Assembly (NCBI GenBank): GCA_043777275.1 | Contig: JAYVQD010000074.1 | Location: forward strand, 1-37,094 | Direction: 5' to 3' | Origin: Nitrosomonadales bacterium | GTDB taxonomy: Bacteria > Pseudomonadota > Gammaproteobacteria > Burkholderiales > SG8-41 | Length of the DNA stretch: 37,094 bases | Shown: positions 35,210 through 37,094 of the stretch, in pieces | Layout of the letters: the number at the start of each line of letters is the position of its first letter | How positions within the stretch are numbered: the stretch's first letter is position 1 | The notes under the pieces: generated by a model | What the model was told of the DNA's origin: nothing | Databases searched by the model: none | Seen by the model: the letters and a program-made list of their open reading frames with translations, nothing else | Made by a program: the position numbers and the translations under genes

Positions 35210-36553
35210 TCACTTTTTCTTTGCTGCTTTTTTCTTCGTGGTTTTCTTAACCGCCTTCCTGACCGCGCCGCTTTTGCCGGCCGCTTTCACCGTAGCGCGC
35301 TTTTTTGCGGCCTTTGCTGGCGCACGCTTCTTCACTGCCACGACCGGCTTCATCCCCTCCATCAAAACCCCCGCCAGCCACTTCCAGGCCGCAGGCCCCC
35401 ACTCGCGTTCATTACGCGCGGCAATGTGGCCATCGTCCGGGTACACGCGCGCCACACGCCCCGCAGGTGGCCCGCTTTCCAGCGCCATGTAGAGGTTGCC
35501 AATCGGTGTTAGGTGATCCACTTTGCCGTTGACCAGAAACATCGGCATGGTCAGGTTGTCGAGCAAGCCGTTGTCTTTCAGCGACCAGCGCAAAAACTCT
35601 TTACGTTGATCTGCTTCGGTCATTTCTTTCGGTTCGGGTTTGGTGCCGCGCGGGCCGAACCAGTTAGTTTTGTAACGCTCGAAGGCGGCGCGGCGGATTT
35701 CGGCGCGCTCTTCGTCGGTGCCCCAGTAGCCCACGCCACCGGGGGCGCAGGAGATCAGGCCTTTGATGCGTTTGTCCTGTGCGCCGAGGCGCATCACCCA
35801 CAGGCCGCCGCGGCTGACGCCGAATGCGCCCAGGCGGTTGCCGTCGATTTCGGAGCGTGCCTGCAGCGCGTCGAGTGCGGCCTGCCATGCCACGATGGCC
35901 GCGGGCTCGTGCGCGAACGAGGTTTGCCCAGTGCCCGGCGCATCGACTACCAGTGCGGCCATGCCTTGGTTCGTTGCGCCGTCGGCGTATTTTTCGCGGT
36001 CTTCCTTGTACATGTCGCCGCCGCACATCACCAGTACGGCGGGCACTTTGTTTTTCGCCGACGCGCCTTTGGGCAGGCGCAGATAACCGACGGCTTCCTT
36101 GCCGTCGCGCCGCACTTTCAATACTTCCTGCGGCTCGTCGCGCAGGGCGGTGGCTTTGTGAAAGCAGTCGAGATATTTTTGATACGAGCGCGCCTTGATC
36201 GGGCTCATGTCGGGCGGGCAGATGGCGGAGCCGGAGTGATACGGCGCGGGAAATCTCGCCAGCGAATAAAACGTTTTCGCTTCAAGGAAATTTTTGCGCG
36301 CGAGCGCTTTGTTGCCGCGCGCCAGTGCTGCGACGGCCTGCGTTTCAAAGCGTTCGGCGACGGCGCTCCATGCGGGCACCCAGTCTTCGTCTTCGGTGCT
36401 TTTGATGGTGGGCACGGTGTCGATCAGCGCCTGCAGATCGTCCACCAGATTAAACCAGCGGCGATAAAAGCCGCCGATGGTGACGGAAAAAGGGTCTTCG
36501 TCGGGGCGTACGGGCAGTGACGCGAGTATCGCGGCTTTTTCTTGCGCTGTCAT
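35210..36553 (-). CDS. Alpha/beta hydrolase (FrsA/DUF1100, 2,6-dihydroxypseudooxynicotine hydrolase-like) with Lys/Ala-rich C-terminal tail
   Basis: LARFP, GYLRLP, DAPGTG, FGVSRGG nucleophile, NGKVDHL, DDGH. Tail KKRAPAKAAKK...KKKAAKKK. Confidence 0.85.
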   Translation of the reverse strand: MTAQEKAAILASLPVRPDEDPFSVTIGGFYRRWFNLVDDLQALIDTVPTIKSTEDEDWVPAWSAVAERFETQAVAALARGNKALARKNFLEAKTFYSLARFPAPYHSGSAICPPDMSPIKARSYQKYLDCFHKATALRDEPQEVLKVRRDGKEAVGYLRLPKGASAKNKVPAVLVMCGGDMYKEDREKYADGATNQGMAALVVDAPGTGQTSFAHEPAAIVAWQAALDALQARSEIDGNRLGAFGVSRGGLWVMRLGAQDKRIKGLISCAPGGVGYWGTDEERAEIRRAAFERYKTNWFGPRGTKPEPKEMTEADQRKEFLRWSLKDNGLLDNLTMPMFLVNGKVDHLTPIGNLYMALESGPPAGRVARVYPDDGHIAARNEREWGPAAWKWLAGVLMEGMKPVVAVKKRAPAKAAKKRATVKAAGKSGAVRKAVKKTTKKKAAKKK

Positions 36554-36695
36554 GGGGTGATACTCCTTGAGGGCCGAGGTGGAACACTAAGGCGAGTTGC
36601 GGCGAATGTAAAGCGACCGCCGCCGCGAAGTTGCGGCATGGTAGTCTGCTAAAATCATTCGGCGCACAGTGTGACAAAAAAAGCCGCGCCGCAAA

Positions 36696-36748
36696 CACCA
36701 CTGCCACCACTGCCACCACTGCCACCACTGCCACCACTGCCACCACTG
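36696..36748 (+). repeat. 9-bp tandem repeat (CACCACTGC) x ~5.9
   Basis: Five exact units plus CACCACTG, ending 3 nt before the AAGGAG RBS at 36752. Confidence 0.92.
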
Positions 36749-36767
36749 TCCAAGGAGCGAGATCAAA

Positions 36768-37094
36768 ATGGATTTGAATCTTAAAGGTAAAAGCGTCCTC
36801 ATTACGGGCGGATCGAAAGGCATCGGGCTGGCCACGGCCATGTCGTTTGCTGCGGAGGGATGCGATGTCCATATCGCCGCGCGCAATGCCGCCGACCTCG
36901 ACGCGGCCAAGACAAAGATCACTGCCGCGCATAAGGTCACGGTGACGTGTCACGCGGCGGATCTGTCGTCGTCGGCGGATGCGCGCAAGCTGGCGCAGGC
37001 CTGCGGCGGCATTGATGTGCTGGTCAACAACGCGGGCGCTATTCCCGGCGGCAGCATCGCCGCCATCGACGAAGAAAAATGGCGCAAGGCCTGG
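36768..37094 (+). CDS. SDR family oxidoreductase (5' part; runs off the window; not in the ORF track)
   Basis: MDLNLKGKSVLITGGSKGIG (TGxxxGIG), ADLS, IDVLVNNAG; AAGGAG RBS. Confidence 0.92.
   Translation, partial: MDLNLKGKSVLITGGSKGIGLATAMSFAAEGCDVHIAARNAADLDAAKTKITAAHKVTVTCHAADLSSSADARKLAQACGGIDVLVNNAGAIPGGSIAAIDEEKWRKAW

Noticed and set aside
36587-36953. Minus-strand ORFs with WWQ or VVA repeats; possible CRISPR-like periodicity
   Set aside because: They are translations of the 9-bp tandem repeat, antisense to the SDR gene. There are no unique spacers and no cas genes.

Overview
GC-rich betaproteobacterial (Burkholderiales-like) chromosomal segment. The backbone is catabolic and transport genes: six Bug/TctC solute-binding proteins, a YgiQ radical SAM protein, MDR/SDR oxidoreductases, pirin, an acyl-CoA synthetase, a Tat amidohydrolase, crotonase, MmgE/PrpD, and HAD, alpha/beta, HIT, NHL and BNR proteins. 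Three accessory pieces interrupt it. (1) The right end of an IS630-like element at the window start. (2) An ~8 kb heavy-metal efflux cassette (CzcI-like, CzcC/B/A-like RND, His-tailed EamA/DMT) with no transposase or regulator, bounded by 23-bp imperfect inverted repeats (10313-10335 / 18320-18342). (3) An AT-richer Dcm-type C5 methyltransferase + DUF4928-like protein + Vsr operon, a candidate uncharacterised restriction-modification/defence system. It has an operator-like palindrome in its promoter and lies next to a decayed chimeric CopG antitoxin locus. Non-coding signals include five near-identical IHF-like boxes, three different REP-like hairpin families, a 9-bp VNTR abutting an RBS, several 9-12 bp micro-duplications at gene boundaries, and a CG-repeat frameshift in a hydrolase gene. 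No rRNA, tRNA or CRISPR array was recognised. Family calls come from motif recognition only; no database search was run.
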